DNA of 37,755 nt from a virus. Lineage: Duplodnaviria; Caudoviricetes. The position numbers were made by a program, and so were the translations under genes. Below the pieces are notes generated by a model. That model saw nothing but the letters and a program-made list of their open reading frames with translations. It did not search any database and was not told where the DNA came from. Of the stretch, positions 28,401 through 36,462 are shown in pieces (position 1 is the stretch's first letter; the number at the start of each line of letters is the position of its first letter). The DNA lies in the IMG/VR virus record IMGVR_UViG_3300030330_003397, positions 1-37,755 of that record; one strand, written 5' to 3'.

Positions 28401-29527
28401 AAATCATTTACTACAACTCTATTACTGCCGGTGCTGGTGGTGCTGGAACACTCGGAATTGGCACAAGAGGTATTGATAATTCTCTCAAGAGATCTCATGA
28501 CCTTAATGATCAAATCTTTACTTATGAGTTGAACGGAATCTCTCTTCACAGAATCAATAAGCAACATAATATGCCTAGTGATGCTACTTTAAAGAACGCT
28601 AGAGACTTTGATACTTATCATCTACAGATTGATCGTGGATCAAGAACAACTGGAGATAATCAACTTAGTTTCACTGATGAAAATAGTGTTGGTGGTCCAG
28701 TTGTGTTCTCTTCAAGTAATATTCAGTTTGATGAAATTACTCCAAGATTGAACGTATTCACGCCAACAGAGAGCACCACCGCAACTTCTCAAATTAGAAC
28801 TGTCACAGGAACTAGTTCTGGTGGTTCTGAAGTATCATTCCTTGATCAGGGATATGAAAATATTTCTCTTAACAATGAGAATCGGATGAGCACTCCAAGA
28901 ATGGTTGCTTCTAGAATCAACGAAACGACAAGACTATCAGATCTTCCTAATAGTAAGTCCCTGACTCTTGCCGTCAGTATGAACACGACCGATCCAAATC
29001 TATCTCCAGTTATTGATGTTCAGGGATCTGGAATTCTGTTTGGTAGAAATAGGTTAAATAATCCAATTTCTGATTATGCAAATGATGGAAGAGTAAATTC
29101 TCTTACAGAAGATCCACATACTGCGTATTACATTTCTAAAAAGACTGATCTTGCACAACCAGCAACATCTCTCAAAGTCCTTGTTTCTGCATACCGTCAT
29201 TCTTCAGCAGACTTTAGAGTTCTTTATGAACTCTTTAGAGTTGATTCTAATGGTATTGAACAAGCATTTGAATTGTTCCCTGGATTTGATAATCTGACAG
29301 ATACAAATGGTGATGGATTTGGTGATGAAGTAGTTGATTCTGTTCTTAACAATGGCAGACCGGACGCTTTCACTCGTGCGAGCACAGATGGTGAATATAT
29401 AGACTATCAGTTTAGTGCTGATAATCTTGCTCAGTTTAATGGATTTAGAATCAAGATTGTTATGAGTGGAACTAATGAAGCAAAAGCACCGAAGTTCAAA
29501 GACTTTAGAGTTATTGCTCTTGCATGA
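22448..29527 (+). CDS. Large virion structural protein, VrlC/DUF4815-like (2359 aa)
   Basis: PYFDDF..VLFKPG..VQARELTTLQSILQNQI, APGADR, RYTMRDIG, DPLAQSF, GSLFKSQN motifs. Confidence 0.8.
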   Translation: MPQKTNLNINPYFDDFSKDDNFYKVLFKPGFPVQARELTTLQSILQNQIESFGSHMFKEGSMVIPGNVAYDSEYPAVKLNADHLGINISVYGKNLVGKRLKGQTSGIVAKVDRYENVSDLTGITNPTIFVKYIESGDNNQVEPFQDGEVLITEDSFTYGNTSVNSGETVASLISEDATSVSSSVSIGSGVYFIRGTFVDVSSDKIFLDPYSNTSSYRVGLTINEEIITAKDDDSLYDNAKGFSNYAAPGADRLKISLTLSKKLLTDNDDKTFVELVRIQGGELKKLQNKSNYNLIRDYFAKRTFEESGNYSLDNFDVEVKESLNDRLGNEGVFFSNQSTDDGNVPSENMMAISVSAGKAYVKGYDVENTATKIIDVEKPRDIRTISNSLVPFEMGTLIRVNNVQGTPLFGVNNNSNIVRLQGQRRGTSTTAATGTEIGQARVYNFSLTDSAQVDLSTSWDLYLFDVQTYTTISLNENTLTADIPVSSYIRGVSSGASGYVQSAPAGTTNITLMQTSGTFIVGEQLLINESKEISRSITSLTTHTIEDVKSIYQDSTALNSELKRDFIADTILERKLPTGFGIADTVQISTAGAMTCPGKFFNNIKVGDIVRYQIAGTSDETFNRVSAINSAKTQVTLVAEQDRTNVCDGSLPGSTFTGTFTLGVPIVRERGGLFAPLEEQNVSSVDLGSSNLLVSSQIREQSTSSTGSLSINVTATGISSSLFEAFDQERYSIHYNDGSIETLTSDQVSLSSAGQVITFTGLTASQSSNVTVNTTVKKIGITNKDKVYTRSTKVEVTKSATGVSTSISQTSQSDFYGTRIQDREISLNVPDVTEVVAVYESLGTSIPTLDSLEFPAGLALNTASILGERVVGSTSNAIAQVVTRSSATKVEIVYLTDDKFTVGENVTFEESGIIAPLQVIGLGNYQDVTNNYTLDKGVKEQFYDYSRIVRRENLNYTPSRKLLIIYNHYTIPTNDTGDVYTVNSYDAARFKSDIPLAGELRASDVLDFRPRVSDFTSTTLSPFDYTARTFATTGTNPTLLVAPDESSLVGISYYLPRIDKVVFTTQGNIAVVRGTSAEDPKEPEIGGDMMELARIQLPAYLYDTSDAVLTFTDNRRYTMRDIGRIEDRVETLETLTSLSLLELDTKTLQVRDADGLDRFKSGFFVDDFADNQRMEDKSESGIKNNELGAPVDYFTLKPEIASSLPTVGGFDLNFDLLDPNTQKTGDLITLKYDNKEWIKQPLASRVENVNPFNMVAFTGAINISPAQDSWTRTVTIDGGERVTRVSTDWRNGRRGRELSSISTSVESRTADTHIRSRNVQFEATGLRPLTRHYNFFESSTDLDIIPKLTEISMTSGVFQAGETVRGFIGSRQLFSARICNPNHKSGSITNPSTKYTLNPYNRSLTLPEVYSASSTVLNIDINSLMEDVLGAFNGRIVKDMVLLGVTSGAQAKVSDIRLITDTFGDVTGSFFFRDPLASPTPAVTFTTGEKTFKLTSSSSNAEPLPGSLRFSVGEGTYTARGTVETVRRTRNVTEFFRRPRPPVRRGDPLAQSFTVDETGAFLTSLDVFFANKDENEKIRCEIRTMELGTPTDILVADYAQVTLEPSQINVSSDGTVPTKVTFPSPVYLEPDTEYCFVLLAPTTNEYEVWVARMGERTVNLSTLPDAESVIVTKQYIGGSLFKSQNGTIWTASQFEDAKFTLHKANFITEPGIGYFYNPSLENGSDLTEKLINNPVKTLPRKLKVGITTTSVMDSILTIGKKVSDNTSSAAITGNIEQVGGNIANTTSNLVGAGYSNGTYTGVNFYSITGSGTGAIGIVTISSNTLDGNPHVTTAGNGYVVGDVLGITTSDVTRGRGAQFSVKNITGKDTLYLTDVQGEEFTEGQNLVVYSSSDVAVAYANTTIRNSSVISNLYDGRVLEVQQTNHGLHADNNVVVLADIEPNTTPTTLNAALGLSDTTISVANTSLFATFEGISTSTGYAKVNNEIIYYNSITAGAGGAGTLGIGTRGIDNSLKRSHDLNDQIFTYELNGISLHRINKQHNMPSDATLKNARDFDTYHLQIDRGSRTTGDNQLSFTDENSVGGPVVFSSSNIQFDEITPRLNVFTPTESTTATSQIRTVTGTSSGGSEVSFLDQGYENISLNNENRMSTPRMVASRINETTRLSDLPNSKSLTLAVSMNTTDPNLSPVIDVQGSGILFGRNRLNNPISDYANDGRVNSLTEDPHTAYYISKKTDLAQPATSLKVLVSAYRHSSADFRVLYELFRVDSNGIEQAFELFPGFDNLTDTNGDGFGDEVVDSVLNNGRPDAFTRASTDGEYIDYQFSADNLAQFNGFRIKIVMSGTNEAKAPKFKDFRVIALA

Positions 29528-29736
29528 TGAAAAAGGTCAAAGATCATAAGCACCTGTACCGCACAGATACAGGTGCTGTTGTCAATAATGATACAACTGC
29601 TTATAATGAGTATGTTAAGATGAGATCTAACCGCGATCGTCAAAAACAAGAACTTGATGAAATGCGGAAAGATATAGATGAAATCAAGTCCCTTCTCACG
29701 GAGTTTATCAATGGATCCCGATCAAATCAAACTTGA
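29524..29736 (+). CDS. Small coiled-coil hypothetical protein (70 aa)
   Basis: ATGA overlap with upstream stop; LYRT..GAVVN and C-terminal heptads. Confidence 0.75.
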   Translation: MMKKVKDHKHLYRTDTGAVVNNDTTAYNEYVKMRSNRDRQKQELDEMRKDIDEIKSLLTEFINGSRSNQT

Positions 29737-29887
29737 AACAATGTCTAAAATGTTTGCTTATGAGCAACAGGCAAGACTAATTGACGAGTGCGATAATATT
29801 GGTGAACTTCAAAATATTTGCAAATCTTACGCAAAATTATATTTCAAGCAACAGGAAGTTGTCAGTGTAATAGGACTACCTTCCTAA
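29711..29887 (+). CDS. Small hypothetical protein (58 aa, MDPDQIKLE...)
   Basis: GGAG RBS upstream of ATG 29711, in frame with track ORF 29678..29887. Confidence 0.7.
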   Translation: MDPDQIKLETMSKMFAYEQQARLIDECDNIGELQNICKSYAKLYFKQQEVVSVIGLPS

Positions 29888-29909
29888 ATACTTAAAATAC
29901 CTTTGAAAA

Positions 29910-30257
29910 ATGGCAGTATACGTCAGTAATATTCAAATTGATCAGAGCACAGATTTTAGTCAGGTCTTCACTCTTGAAGATGGGACATCTAACTCTGTCT
30001 TGAATCTGACTAACTATACATTTAAATCCCAGATGAGGAAGCACCCAGGTGCAACCTCTGGTGTCACTACATTTACTTCATCTATTTACGGTAATGCAGC
30101 AAATGGTCAAGTTAAAATTGGTTTGACTACAAGTCAGACAGCTAACCTGAAAGATGGAAGGTATGTTTATGATGTTGTAATGACTGATAACGCTGGTATT
30201 ATGAGTAGAGTTATTGAAGGTATGGTCCTAGTACGCGCTGGAGCAACGAAATTCTAA
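29910..30257 (+). CDS. Probable virion structural protein (Ig-like, 115 aa)
   Basis: IDQ..DF, LNLTNY..QMRK, GRYVYDV, RVIEG motifs; late promoter motif at 29883-29890. Confidence 0.7.
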   Translation: MAVYVSNIQIDQSTDFSQVFTLEDGTSNSVLNLTNYTFKSQMRKHPGATSGVTTFTSSIYGNAANGQVKIGLTTSQTANLKDGRYVYDVVMTDNAGIMSRVIEGMVLVRAGATKF

Positions 30258-30526
30258 TGGCGAATATTAGAGTTAAAACTAATAACAATACTACGACTGT
30301 TAGGGTCGGACAAACAAACGCTATAAAGGTCGTAGCATCAAATCAATCTGCTGCCACATCAACAGTTGATAAATTACAAAATGTTGGTGATATAAACATC
30401 GGTGCTAGAGCAAATAATACTTTCATAATGTTTGATGGTTCTGAATATATTCATGTTCCTGCACACCAAATTGTTGACCTTGCTGATGGTAGTGATGATG
30501 AAGCATATGATGCCGGAACTTTTTAA
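30257..30526 (+). CDS. Hypothetical, probably structural protein (89 aa, ends DAGTF)
   Basis: TAATG overlap; C-terminus resembles the DGGSF end of the downstream fibre. Confidence 0.7.
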   Translation: MANIRVKTNNNTTTVRVGQTNAIKVVASNQSAATSTVDKLQNVGDINIGARANNTFIMFDGSEYIHVPAHQIVDLADGSDDEAYDAGTF

Positions 30527-30577
30527 ATGGTAGGTAATTTTTTAACTAAATAGATAAAAAGGTAAGAATTTTACAAG

Positions 30578-32716
30578 ATGGCTGCTCCTGTATTACAGTT
30601 CAAGAGAGGTCTCTTTAGTAATTTGCCAGCATTGAGGGCAGGTGAGCCAGGTTTTACAACCGACAAATATGACCTCTACGTCGGTATTGACTCGACGACT
30701 TCAAACAATCAATTCGTAGGTTCAGGTAGATTCTGGACTATTGAGGGTGCTACTAGTGGATCTGGTGTCAACCTCGTAGAAGGTACGAATAACGGCACAA
30801 GTTATATTACACTTGCATCTCCAGCATCCCTTGCTGGTATCGTTACTTACTATTTCCCCGGTACTCAAGGTGGGGCAAGTAGTGTTCTTACTAATGATGG
30901 AAGCGGAAACCTCAGTTGGGGTGCCGGTTCTGCTAACTCAGTTCTGACTGGTGTTACTACAGTAACAGGTCACTTTGATGTTGACTCCACGGTTGATATC
31001 TCCGGTATCACAACAGTCACTAATACTACCGATAATACTCTCGGAAGTGCAGGCACTGGTGCTTTCCAAATTGACGGTGGTCTTGGTGTTGCTAAGAACG
31101 TTACTGTTGGTGGAAACTTAAACGTCCAGGGATATGCCGAATTCGTCGGTGTAGCAACATTCAAAGGTGGAACAATCAACCTTGGTGATGCTGACACTGA
31201 CGATATTAACGTCGGTGGTGAGTTTATATCAAGTCTTGTCCCTAACGCAGATAAATCTGTTGACTTGGGTGAGTTTGATAAGCAGTGGAGAGATATCTAC
31301 GCAGGTGGTTCTGTTTATGGATATGAAAGTCTAGTAAGTACCGAAGCTGCTAATACTACAGTCACATATACTGTTACTGTTGCTTCTAAGACTGCTAATC
31401 ACAGATATAACGGCAGTGGTTCTGGTTCCGGATATTTTATTGATGGATCTGAGTCTCCATTTATCACTCTTGTTCCTGGTGTAACCTATCGCTTTGACCA
31501 AGCAGCAGCTTCTAACAGCGGTCACCCACTTCGCTTCTATCTAGAGGCACAAAAAACTACACAGTACACCACAAACGTTACAACCAACGGTACTGCTGGT
31601 AATGCTGGTGCTTACACTGAGATTACAGTAACTGATACAACCCCTCAGGTTCTTCACTATCAGTGTTCTGCTCACGGTTTGATGGGTAATGCTGTTGCCA
31701 CACAGTCTAACGTAGTTCATAACAACTTCCAAGCAACTTTCCTGGAAGGTATTTCCGTTACTGGTGTTTCTACCTTCACCGGTCAGATTGATGGCAATGG
31801 TGGTGCCAATATCTCTGGTGCAGAAACAGTTCTCTCTTCCGCAACTGTTAGTGACCTGACAGATAACAGAGTTGTTATTGCTGGTACTTCTGGTGCTCTT
31901 GAGGATAGTGGCAATCTCACATTTAATGGTTCAACACTTGCCGTAACCGGCACTGCTGCCGTAACTGGTGACATAACCGTAAGTGATTCTATCACAGTTA
32001 CCAAGGATGCTGTTGTTAGTGCTGGTCTGACTGTCACTGGTGCTATTGATGGTAATGGTGGCGCTAATATCTCTGGTGCCGAAACAGTTCTTTCCTCTGC
32101 AACGGTTAGCGACCTTACAGACAATAGAGTTGTTATTGCTGGTACTTCTGGTGCTCTTGAGGATAGTGGCAATCTTACCTTTAATGGCACTACCCTTGCA
32201 GTTACTGGTGCCGCAACTGTTGATAACTTAAGTCTTGACGGTAATACAGTTACAACTTCCTCCGGTGGATTAACTCTTGACTCTGCTAGTGGCACAACCA
32301 CAGTTGCAGATGACCTGACTGTGAACGGTACATTCACCGTCTTAGGTTCTCAGTCTATTATTAACACTGAAACCTTGAAGGTTGAAGACTCTCTGATTGA
32401 AGTTGGTCTTGTTAATAGTGGTGGTTCTCTCGTAGCACCTTCTTCTGATGCCAACATTGACGTTGGTGTTGTAATGCACTATTACAGTGGTTCTGCAAAG
32501 ACTGCTTCTATATTCTGGGATGATAGTGCCGGAAGAATTGTCGTTGCTGATGAGGTAACCGAAACCAATAGTGTAATGGGAAGTATCTCTTACGCTACTC
32601 TTGAGATTGGAGCACTGACCGTCAGTGATTGTCAAGGAAACAGTCAAGCAGTTATTTCTTGTAGTGGATCTACAAGAAGTTTGGAAAATATAACTGTAGA
32701 TGGTGGTTCGTTCTAA
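30578..32716 (+). CDS. Tail-fibre-like protein (712 aa) with internal duplication and cupredoxin-like insert
   Basis: N-terminal LQFKRG..LRAGEPGFTTD..LYVG fibre-anchor motif; G/T/S/V-rich beta repeats. Confidence 0.75.
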   Translation: MAAPVLQFKRGLFSNLPALRAGEPGFTTDKYDLYVGIDSTTSNNQFVGSGRFWTIEGATSGSGVNLVEGTNNGTSYITLASPASLAGIVTYYFPGTQGGASSVLTNDGSGNLSWGAGSANSVLTGVTTVTGHFDVDSTVDISGITTVTNTTDNTLGSAGTGAFQIDGGLGVAKNVTVGGNLNVQGYAEFVGVATFKGGTINLGDADTDDINVGGEFISSLVPNADKSVDLGEFDKQWRDIYAGGSVYGYESLVSTEAANTTVTYTVTVASKTANHRYNGSGSGSGYFIDGSESPFITLVPGVTYRFDQAAASNSGHPLRFYLEAQKTTQYTTNVTTNGTAGNAGAYTEITVTDTTPQVLHYQCSAHGLMGNAVATQSNVVHNNFQATFLEGISVTGVSTFTGQIDGNGGANISGAETVLSSATVSDLTDNRVVIAGTSGALEDSGNLTFNGSTLAVTGTAAVTGDITVSDSITVTKDAVVSAGLTVTGAIDGNGGANISGAETVLSSATVSDLTDNRVVIAGTSGALEDSGNLTFNGTTLAVTGAATVDNLSLDGNTVTTSSGGLTLDSASGTTTVADDLTVNGTFTVLGSQSIINTETLKVEDSLIEVGLVNSGGSLVAPSSDANIDVGVVMHYYSGSAKTASIFWDDSAGRIVVADEVTETNSVMGSISYATLEIGALTVSDCQGNSQAVISCSGSTRSLENITVDGGSF
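31787..32209 (+). repeat. Intragenic duplication, period 258 nt
   Basis: IDGNGGANISGAETVLSSATVSDLTDNRVVIAGTSGALEDSGNLTFNG at 31787 and 32045; 50 identical nt at 31868-31917 and 32126-32175. Confidence 0.95.
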
Positions 32717-32730
32717 GGTTAAGCACAACT

Positions 32731-32738
32731 TATAAATA
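32731..32738 (+). promoter_or_regulatory. T4-type late promoter TATAAATA
   Basis: Perfect consensus upstream of the 70-aa gene and gp13. Confidence 0.8.
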
Positions 32739-32739
32739 C

Positions 32740-32764
32740 AGGTGGGCGAGTCCCACCTTTTTTT
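32740..32764 (+). terminator. Intrinsic terminator after fibre gene
   Basis: AGGTGGG-CGAGT-CCCACCT followed by a T run. Confidence 0.8.
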
Positions 32765-32773
32765 ATATCAATT

Positions 32774-32986
32774 ATGAATGAATCTGAGATCAAAAATTTG
32801 ATAGTAACCTATCAAAAGAAAGTAAATGATTTTTTATCACAATCAATTGCTATGGAAGCGAAGGTTCTAACTCTAACTCAACAAGTAGAATCTTTAACAT
32901 CAAAAATTGCTGAACAAGAGGATGAGTTAGTGAAGTTGAGAAAACCAAAAAGAACTACTAAAAATATAGATTCTGAGGCATTCTAA
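32774..32986 (+). CDS. Small coiled-coil protein (70 aa)
   Basis: Heptad pattern; TATAAATA upstream; TAATG overlap with gp13. Confidence 0.75.
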   Translation: MNESEIKNLIVTYQKKVNDFLSQSIAMEAKVLTLTQQVESLTSKIAEQEDELVKLRKPKRTTKNIDSEAF

Positions 32987-33843
32987 TGGCAAAACCGTCA
33001 ACACGCCAAGGGCTGATTGATTACTGTAAAAGACAACTTGGTGCTCCTGTGTTGGAAATCAATGTTGATGACGACCAAATTGATGATTTGGTTGATGATG
33101 CTATACAGTATTTTCAAGAGCGTCACTATGATGGTGTTGAGAGGATGTACCTCAAATATAAATTTACGCAGGCAGATATTGACAGAGGAAAAGCAACCAA
33201 TAATACTGCAAGCACAAATACTGTAGGTATTGTAACTACAAGTGCTACTTCAACATCCATTAGTGGATATGGAACAACAACTAATAATTTTTACGAGACA
33301 TCTAACTTTATTCAAGTACCAGACTCAGTTATTGGTATTGAAAAGATTTTTAAATTTGATACTAGCAGCATTTCTGGAGGAATGTTTAGTATCAAGTATC
33401 AGTTGTTCTTGAATGATTTGTATTACTTCAACTCGGTAGAGTTGTTGCAGTATGCGATGACTAAGACTTATCTTGAAGATATTGACTTCTTACTAACACC
33501 AGATAAGCAAATTAGATTTAACAAACGTCAAGACAGAATGTATCTTGACATTGATTGGGGAAGTGTAACTGAGGATGATTATATAGTTATTGATTGTCAC
33601 AGGGCATTAGACCCACAAAGTTTCACACAAATCTACAATGATAGTTTTGTTAAGAGGTATCTTACTGCATTAATTAAAAGACAGTGGGGAGCAAACATGA
33701 TGAAGTTTGGTGGAACCAAATTACCAGGAGGAATTGAACTCAACGGCAGACAGTATTACGACGACGGTGAAAGAGAAATTGCTGATATTCGTAGTCGTAT
33801 GGCAATGGAATATGAACTACCACCTCTTGACTTTATTGGCTGA
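32986..33843 (+). CDS. gp13: Neck protein, T4 gp13-like
   Basis: LIDYCKRQLGAPVLEINVDDDQ, KRQWGANMMKF..LPGGIELNG. Confidence 0.95.
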   Translation: MAKPSTRQGLIDYCKRQLGAPVLEINVDDDQIDDLVDDAIQYFQERHYDGVERMYLKYKFTQADIDRGKATNNTASTNTVGIVTTSATSTSISGYGTTTNNFYETSNFIQVPDSVIGIEKIFKFDTSSISGGMFSIKYQLFLNDLYYFNSVELLQYAMTKTYLEDIDFLLTPDKQIRFNKRQDRMYLDIDWGSVTEDDYIVIDCHRALDPQSFTQIYNDSFVKRYLTALIKRQWGANMMKFGGTKLPGGIELNGRQYYDDGEREIADIRSRMAMEYELPPLDFIG

Positions 33844-35228
33844 TGGCACTTAATCCCTTTTTCCTACAAGGTTCCTTTGGGGAACAAAGATTAGTACAAG
33901 AGTTGATCAACGAACAACTCAAGATATATGGTGTTGAAGTAACATACATTCCCAGAAAGTATGTACGTAAACAGACCATTATTGAAGAAGTACAATCCTC
34001 CAAGTTTGATGATAACTTCTTACTAGAAGCATATGTAAACACCTACGATGGTTATAGTGGTGCGGGTGACCTCATGACCAAGTTTGGTGTCAGTCTCAGA
34101 GATGAGTTGACAGTTACAGTATCTAGAGAAAGATTTGAAGATTTTATTTCACCTTTCTTGGATGACGAAAGTGATCAGGAAGTTGAAGTATCGGGAAGAC
34201 CTAGAGAGGGCGATTTAATTTATTTCCCACTAGGTAAACGTTTATTTGAAGTAAAATTTGTAGAGCATGAAAACCCATTTTATCAATTGGGTAAGAACTA
34301 TGTTTATGAACTTAAGTGTGAACTCTTTGAGTATGAGGATGAAGTCTTTGACACCTCTATTGATGCCATTGATACAGTTCTTGAGGACCAGGGTTACATT
34401 CTTGACCTTACGATGTTCTCAACGGGTTCTGGTGCCTCTGCGACAGCATCTGTAGGCACAGGATATATCCAGAAGATATTCCTTGATAATGATGGTTCTG
34501 GATTTACAGGCACACCAACTGTAGCTATTACAACAGCACCATCTGGTGGAACTGATGCTACAGCAGTAGCGATCACAACAACCAGAAACAATATTACCTC
34601 TATATCAGAAATCTTGCTGACTAATGCAGGTGCTGGATATACTGTAGCACCAACCATTACTATTAGTGGTGGTGGCGGAACTGGTGCTGCTGCTACATGT
34701 GGGATTATTACTGCTCATAGAGGTGTTATTTCCTTCACAATTACTGATGGTGGTAGTGGATTTACTACAACACCTCCAGTAACAGTTTCTGTTCCTCCAC
34801 TGTCTCCAGCGATTAATGCTAGTGCTAAAGCAGTTGTATCCGCTGGAGGAACCATCACTGAAATCAGAATTGTTAATGCTGGTGCTGGTTTCTTAGGATC
34901 TGCTCCAACAGTTACAGTCGGATCTGCCGCGACAACTGGTATTGGAACTTTCTGGTTCAATGAGGTCATCACTGGATCTAGATCCGGTATGTCCGGTAGA
35001 GTCAAGAGATGGGATGCAGACACCAATATTCTTCGTGTCGGTCTTACATCTGGTTACTTCTATGCTGGTGAGACACTTACTGGCGCTAAATCTGGTGCTA
35101 CCTATGTTATTAAGAATACTGGTGTGGCAAACACTGAGACGGATAAATACAGAGACAATGATGAGTTTGAGACACAAGCAGATAGTCTAATTGACTTCAG
35201 CGAAACTAATCCCTTCGGAACATACTAA
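33843..35228 (+). CDS. gp14: Neck protein, T4 gp14-like, with beta-repeat insertion
   Basis: EQRLVQELINEQLKIYG, RPREGDLIYFP, PFYQLGKNYVY.L.CELFEY, DFSETNPFG. Confidence 0.92.
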   Translation: MALNPFFLQGSFGEQRLVQELINEQLKIYGVEVTYIPRKYVRKQTIIEEVQSSKFDDNFLLEAYVNTYDGYSGAGDLMTKFGVSLRDELTVTVSRERFEDFISPFLDDESDQEVEVSGRPREGDLIYFPLGKRLFEVKFVEHENPFYQLGKNYVYELKCELFEYEDEVFDTSIDAIDTVLEDQGYILDLTMFSTGSGASATASVGTGYIQKIFLDNDGSGFTGTPTVAITTAPSGGTDATAVAITTTRNNITSISEILLTNAGAGYTVAPTITISGGGGTGAAATCGIITAHRGVISFTITDGGSGFTTTPPVTVSVPPLSPAINASAKAVVSAGGTITEIRIVNAGAGFLGSAPTVTVGSAATTGIGTFWFNEVITGSRSGMSGRVKRWDADTNILRVGLTSGYFYAGETLTGAKSGATYVIKNTGVANTETDKYRDNDEFETQADSLIDFSETNPFGTY

Positions 35229-36028
35229 TGTTAGGATCTTACTACTACCACGAAATTATCAGAAAGACTATCATATCTTTCGGTACTTTGTTTAATGATT
35301 TGAATATCAAGCACAAAGACTCAAGTGGTGGTGTTGTAAGTCAACTAAAAGTTCCTTTGGCGTATGGTCCGACTCAAAAGTTTCTGGCAAGATTAGAACA
35401 GCAGGCAAATCTGGACAAACCAGTTCAGATTACTATGCCCAGAATGTCGTTTGAAATGACATCTATTGCATATGACTCAACCAGAAAGTCTGGAATTACC
35501 CAGACCTTCAGAGCGGTTGATGGCAATGATAAGATGAAGAAAGTCTTCATGCCTGTACCATATAATATTGGATTTGAACTAAGCATTTTTGCAAAATTAA
35601 ATGATGATGCTCTTCAAATTGTTGAGCAGATACTCCCTTATTTTCAACCATCTTTCAACATTACTGTGGATTTGGTTGAATCAATTGGAGAAAAAAGAGA
35701 TATTCCTGTTGTTTTGAATTCAGTTAATTTTCAGGATGATTACGAAGGAGACTTCTCTACACGTAGAGCTTTAATATATACTTTACGATTCACAGCAAAA
35801 ACTTACCTGTTTGGTCCTGTTGCTGAGAATCCTGAAGGTCTCATCCGTAAGGTTCAAGTTGATATGTATGCTGACACCAACACTCAGACAGCGAAGAGAG
35901 AGGTAAGGTACACTGCTGTGCCCGATCCAATTACCGCTAATCCTGGTGATGATTTTGGTTTCACTGAAACTTGGGAGACATTTACAGATTCTAAATCGTA
36001 TAGTCCTACAAAGCAGTCTGATATTTGA
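35228..36028 (+). CDS. gp15: Tail sheath stabiliser / tail terminator, T4 gp15-like
   Basis: FGTLFN, VPLAYGP.QKFL, PRMSFE, PVPYN, QIVEQILPYFQP. Confidence 0.95.
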   Translation: MLGSYYYHEIIRKTIISFGTLFNDLNIKHKDSSGGVVSQLKVPLAYGPTQKFLARLEQQANLDKPVQITMPRMSFEMTSIAYDSTRKSGITQTFRAVDGNDKMKKVFMPVPYNIGFELSIFAKLNDDALQIVEQILPYFQPSFNITVDLVESIGEKRDIPVVLNSVNFQDDYEGDFSTRRALIYTLRFTAKTYLFGPVAENPEGLIRKVQVDMYADTNTQTAKREVRYTAVPDPITANPGDDFGFTETWETFTDSKSYSPTKQSDI

Positions 36029-36033
36029 TACTT

Positions 36034-36462
36034 ATGTCTGATTTTGATGCGATTGATGAGGCACTTAACGTGGAAAGCAGTATTGTTGAAACAGAAAAAC
36101 CATCTCCTATAAAGAGACCGGTAGAAAGTAACGATATCAAAAAAGACTACGAATATACAAGAGCAAATTTATATTCTTTAATTGAAAAGGGACAAGAGGC
36201 AATAAATGGAATAATGGAACTGGCAGGAGAAAGTGCTAGTCCTAGAGCGTATGAAGTTGCCGGACAACTTATCAAAAGTGTGGCAGACACAACAGACAAG
36301 TTAGCAGATTTACAAAAGAAACTTAAGGATCTTGAAGAAGACGGAGCAAAAGGTCCTAACAGTGTTACCAATAATGCAGTGTTTGTAGGTTCTACGTCAG
36401 AACTGCAGAAACTTCTGAAGCAAGGATTTCTAAATAGTAATAACCAAGAAAAAGATAAATGA
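36034..36462 (+). CDS. gp16: Terminase small subunit, T4 gp16-like
   Basis: DYEYTRANL, SPRAYEVAGQLIK, NNAVFVGSTSELQK; ATG 36034 preferred. Confidence 0.92.
   Translation: MSDFDAIDEALNVESSIVETEKPSPIKRPVESNDIKKDYEYTRANLYSLIEKGQEAINGIMELAGESASPRAYEVAGQLIKSVADTTDKLADLQKKLKDLEEDGAKGPNSVTNNAVFVGSTSELQKLLKQGFLNSNNQEKDK

Noticed and set aside
31787-32209. Fibre duplication as a diversity-generating retroelement TR/VR pair
   Set aside because: Both copies are in frame in one gene, differences are mostly synonymous and not adenine-specific, and no reverse transcriptase is present
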